Origin: Nitrospiraceae bacterium
Lineage (GTDB): Bacteria > Nitrospirota > Nitrospiria > Nitrospirales > Nitrospiraceae
DNA: 49,899 bases
Direction of reading: 5' to 3'
Assembly: GCA_035715525.1 (NCBI GenBank)
Contig: DASTLA010000004.1
Coordinates: forward strand, 1-49,899
Made by a program: the position numbers and the translations under genes. Below the pieces are notes generated by a model. It searched no databases and had not been told where the DNA came from. It worked only from the letters and a program-made list of their open reading frames with translations. Every line of letters starts with the position of its first letter. The stretch's first letter is position 1. This document shows, one piece after another, positions 46,920 to 49,899 of the stretch.

Positions 46920-49899
46920 AAATCCTGTTTTTCGCTCCCGATGCCGTACGGCCGAATGGAGAAGGCGCCTACGCGCATGGCAACCTGCGTGCGACCCTCC
47001 TACAGCTGGGGCATCGCATCATCGACTACGATTTTCGCCCAGCGCATAAAGCCGGCGGGGCGGATCAAATCACGTCGGAGGTGCTCGGTCTCATCGAGGA
47101 CGAACGTCCCGACCTCTTCTTCCACATGCATTGCACGGACGAATTGCCAGCCCCGCTCGCCGAGCATCTCCTCCACGAGAGCGGCGTGACGTCGGTGGTC
47201 TTCTTCAGCGACGACGATTGGAGACTGCAGGACTCGCTGAAGGTCGCCGGGCGGTATCACGTCGTCATCACCACCTGCCTCGAGGCCATTGCGGAATATC
47301 GGCGCCACGGCATCACGAACGTACTTTGTGCTCCGTATGCCTGTAATCCCGACTTGTATTATCCGATACCCGGCCTTCCCAAACGCTATGACGTCTCATT
47401 CGTCGGACAAGCCTATCGAGGGCGTCCCGAGATGATTCGATGGCTCAAGGACCAGGGCGTGAATATCAGGGTATGGGGACAAGGCTGGGAAAGGCAGCCC
47501 GCACTACGCGATATCGCGGGAGGATTATTGCCGCACCGCGCGATGCTCGAGGTGTTCTCCGCCTCGAAGATCCTGTTGGGCATGTCCTGGGTATCCGGGG
47601 ACGGGGCGACGCTGCAAATCAAGGGGCGCACGTTCGAATATGCCGCGTGCCGGGGTTTCCAGTTGACCACCCATGACGCCCGCCTGACGGCGTACTTCAG
47701 AGAGAACGAGGAGATTGCGTTCTACCGGAACCGGGAGGATCTGCTGAAGCAGATCCGGTTCTACCTGGATCATGAGGACGAGCGAGAACGCATCGCTCAG
47801 GCCTCGTACGAGCGCGTCTTGAACGACCATACGTGGGGGCGCCGACTGCAACGCGTGCTTGCCGATATCGCTCTGATGCGTCGTGAACGAACGATGCGGC
47901 CGGTCGCATCGGAGCGGGTGCGACAGGACCCGTTCGTCTCGGTGCTCACATATGTCTACAACGGCGAACGTTACATCGACGAATTGATCAACTCTGTACT
48001 CGCACAGACCTATCGAAACTTCGAATTGTTGGTACTGGACGATGGGTCCACGGACGGCACTAGAACCTGCGTCGAACGCTATCTGAACGATCCGCGTGTG
48101 CGCTACGTCTACCAGGACAATGTCGGCAAGAATCTCGATGCCTTTCATGAATTGATCAACCGGAGCGTGGCGCTCACGACCGGAGATCTGATCTGTTTTG
48201 CCGGAGCCGACGATGTCTACCTGCCGGAGAAGCTCGCGATACAGGCCGAAGCATTCCGGGACAATCCGACCCTCGATATCGCATTCTCCGATGGCTATCA
48301 CATCGATGCCGAGGGAGCCGCGTTACGGTCCGATTTCGGGTTTGCCGAGTCCAAAGCCTTCACACGACGCAGTCTCCTGCGCACGCTTTTCAAGAAAAAC
48401 ATCATTGCTCACCCCACCGTCATAATGAAGCGGACGGCCATAGAGGAGATGGGCGGATTCGAAGACGGATATACGACGGATCCTCACTTTTGGCTCAAGG
48501 CTGCGCCCCATTTGAGCTTTATCTATATCGACCGCAAACTCATCAAGTATCGAATTCACGAAGGAGGGTCATCCACCAGCTCCACGAATAGAACGGTGCC
48601 GGAGACGATCGGCCTGCTCACGAGAATGAGGCAGCGGTTCACGATCGTCGACCTCTATCCCGAGTTGACCGCATGCGCCGAGAAGTCGTCCGCCTTGTAC
48701 AGCGCCTACGTTCATTTCGGCAACCTGCTCATGACTGCGAATATTCCGGTGCCGGCGCTGGCAGTCACGGAGTACGCCAAGGCGTTGGAGCACAGACCGG
48801 GAGGAATCGAGGCGGTCAATAACGCCGCGGTGGGCTTGTGGGTCATCGGCGCGCGCGAAAAGGCCCTGCCGTTGATCGCTGTCCTCGAGCGACAGACGGC
48901 GGCGCATCCGAGCATTCGACAAAACCTGCAGTTGTTTCGAGAACTTCAATCGCCGCAGCCACGCGTGACGGATGGTTTTGTGCTGCTGTCGGAACCGCCT
49001 CAACTTTCCGAGTTGCTGAGAGCCTTGGATCCGCCCCATGATTTGGCCTCCGACGGCTATCGAGGCCGGTGGCCCATTGCCCGGATCGACTCATTCCGTC
49101 CGCCGTCCGAAACCCGAGCGGGCGCGGAGCCTGCCGATGGACGGCCACAGGCCATCGTGCCTGAGACAAGTGCGGCTGCCTCTTCGGCCCCGGCCGGAAG
49201 TCCGCTGGTTTCCGTGATTATTCCCACGTTCAACCGGCCGGAGCGCCTTGCCCAAGCGATTCAAAGCGTGCTGGCGCAATCGTACCCCTGCGTCGAAATC
49301 ATTGTCGTCAACGATGGAGGTCGGGAGCTCGAAGAGGTCGTTACCCGATACAACGTAGGGAGGCAGATCACGTATATCCGGCACGCGCGAAACCTTGATC
49401 GCGCGGCGGCTCGCAATACCGGCTTGAAGGTGGCGAGAGGAAAATATATCGCCTACCTGGATGATGACGATCGCTTCCTGCCGAATCACGTCCAAGTTCT
49501 CGTCGAGTTTCTCGAATCACACGACTTCCGGGTCGCCTATACGGACGCTTGGCGGGTGCATGAGGAGCGGCAGGGAGGGAGGTACGTCGAAACCGGACGA
49601 GACGCCCCATACTCCTATGACTTCGACGCGACGAAACTCTTGGTATCGAACTACATTCCCGTACTCTCCGTGATGCATGAACGGGCCTGTCTCGAGGAGG
49701 TAGGGCTGTTCGACGAGAGCCTGACTTCGCACGAAGACTGGGACCTCTGGATCCGCCTGTCCAGGGTGTATCCCTTTGCCCACCTCAAAGAGTTCACGGC
49801 GGAGTTCACGTGGAGAGCCGACGGCAGCACCACCACCAGCCGAAATCGCAAGGATTTCGTCCGGACCGCGGAGATGGTCTATCGAAAACACCGATCGCT
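46916..49899 (+). CDS. large multi-domain glycosyltransferase (CgeB-like GT domain + GT2 + TPR-like linker + GT2), 3'-truncated by the window edge and absent from the supplied ORF track
   Basis: ATG 46916 overlaps the upstream stop (ATGA). By my own translation, frame 2 stays open for 994 codons to the window end, and no + frame-2 ORF appears in the track beyond 46919. GT2 number 1 reads FVSVLTYVYNGERYIDELINSVLAQTYRNFELLVLDDGSTDGT...GADD. GT2 number 2 reads LVSVIIPTFNRPERLAQAIQSVLAQSYPCVEIIVVNDGG...LDDDD...HEDWDLW. Confidence 0.85.
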   Translation, partial: MKILFFAPDAVRPNGEGAYAHGNLRATLLQLGHRIIDYDFRPAHKAGGADQITSEVLGLIEDERPDLFFHMHCTDELPAPLAEHLLHESGVTSVVFFSDDDWRLQDSLKVAGRYHVVITTCLEAIAEYRRHGITNVLCAPYACNPDLYYPIPGLPKRYDVSFVGQAYRGRPEMIRWLKDQGVNIRVWGQGWERQPALRDIAGGLLPHRAMLEVFSASKILLGMSWVSGDGATLQIKGRTFEYAACRGFQLTTHDARLTAYFRENEEIAFYRNREDLLKQIRFYLDHEDERERIAQASYERVLNDHTWGRRLQRVLADIALMRRERTMRPVASERVRQDPFVSVLTYVYNGERYIDELINSVLAQTYRNFELLVLDDGSTDGTRTCVERYLNDPRVRYVYQDNVGKNLDAFHELINRSVALTTGDLICFAGADDVYLPEKLAIQAEAFRDNPTLDIAFSDGYHIDAEGAALRSDFGFAESKAFTRRSLLRTLFKKNIIAHPTVIMKRTAIEEMGGFEDGYTTDPHFWLKAAPHLSFIYIDRKLIKYRIHEGGSSTSSTNRTVPETIGLLTRMRQRFTIVDLYPELTACAEKSSALYSAYVHFGNLLMTANIPVPALAVTEYAKALEHRPGGIEAVNNAAVGLWVIGAREKALPLIAVLERQTAAHPSIRQNLQLFRELQSPQPRVTDGFVLLSEPPQLSELLRALDPPHDLASDGYRGRWPIARIDSFRPPSETRAGAEPADGRPQAIVPETSAAASSAPAGSPLVSVIIPTFNRPERLAQAIQSVLAQSYPCVEIIVVNDGGRELEEVVTRYNVGRQITYIRHARNLDRAAARNTGLKVARGKYIAYLDDDDRFLPNHVQVLVEFLESHDFRVAYTDAWRVHEERQGGRYVETGRDAPYSYDFDATKLLVSNYIPVLSVMHERACLEEVGLFDESLTSHEDWDLWIRLSRVYPFAHLKEFTAEFTWRADGSTTTSRNRKDFVRTAEMVYRKHRS

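Overview
This is a visibly GC-rich bacterial window with three blocks. No rRNA, tRNA, CRISPR array or mobile element was seen.

(1) Bases 1-32525, all on the + strand, hold a near-complete flagellar supercluster. It runs: 3' part of a sigma-54 enhancer-binding activator; flgBC-fliEFG-(REC-fliH)-fliIJ; a MotE/YlxF-like gene; fliK, a short flgD and flgE; a 334-bp gap with a consensus sigma-54 promoter; fliLMNOPQR-flhBAFG-fliA; a degenerate-GGDEF membrane protein; flgFGAHIJ; flgMN-flgKL; and csrA-fliW. Flagellin, fliD/fliS and motAB are not in the window.

(2) Bases 32581-37592 hold a c-di-GMP and two-component module. A minus-strand HD-GYP phosphodiesterase plus hybrid histidine kinase operon lies divergent from a YcgR-like PilZ gene.

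(3) Bases 37760-49899 hold a tightly overlapped + strand sugar-nucleotide and glycosyltransferase operon. It contains a dehydrogenase/aminotransferase/acetyltransferase triad, a formyltransferase, and gmd with an fcl-like gene and a ColD/RfbH-like 3-dehydratase. It ends in an open frame of more than 994 codons encoding a multi-domain glycosyltransferase. That frame runs off the window and is missing from the supplied ORF track.

I read three sigma-54-type promoters (flgB, fliL, flgF). I also read four sigma-28-type promoters that share an [A/T]CCGATA[A/G] -10 box (flgM, csrA, the PilZ gene, the degenerate GGDEF gene).

The most unusual feature is an intact CheY-like receiver domain fused in frame to FliH. 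All functional calls come from motif recognition by eye. No database search was run, and taxonomy cannot be assigned from here.
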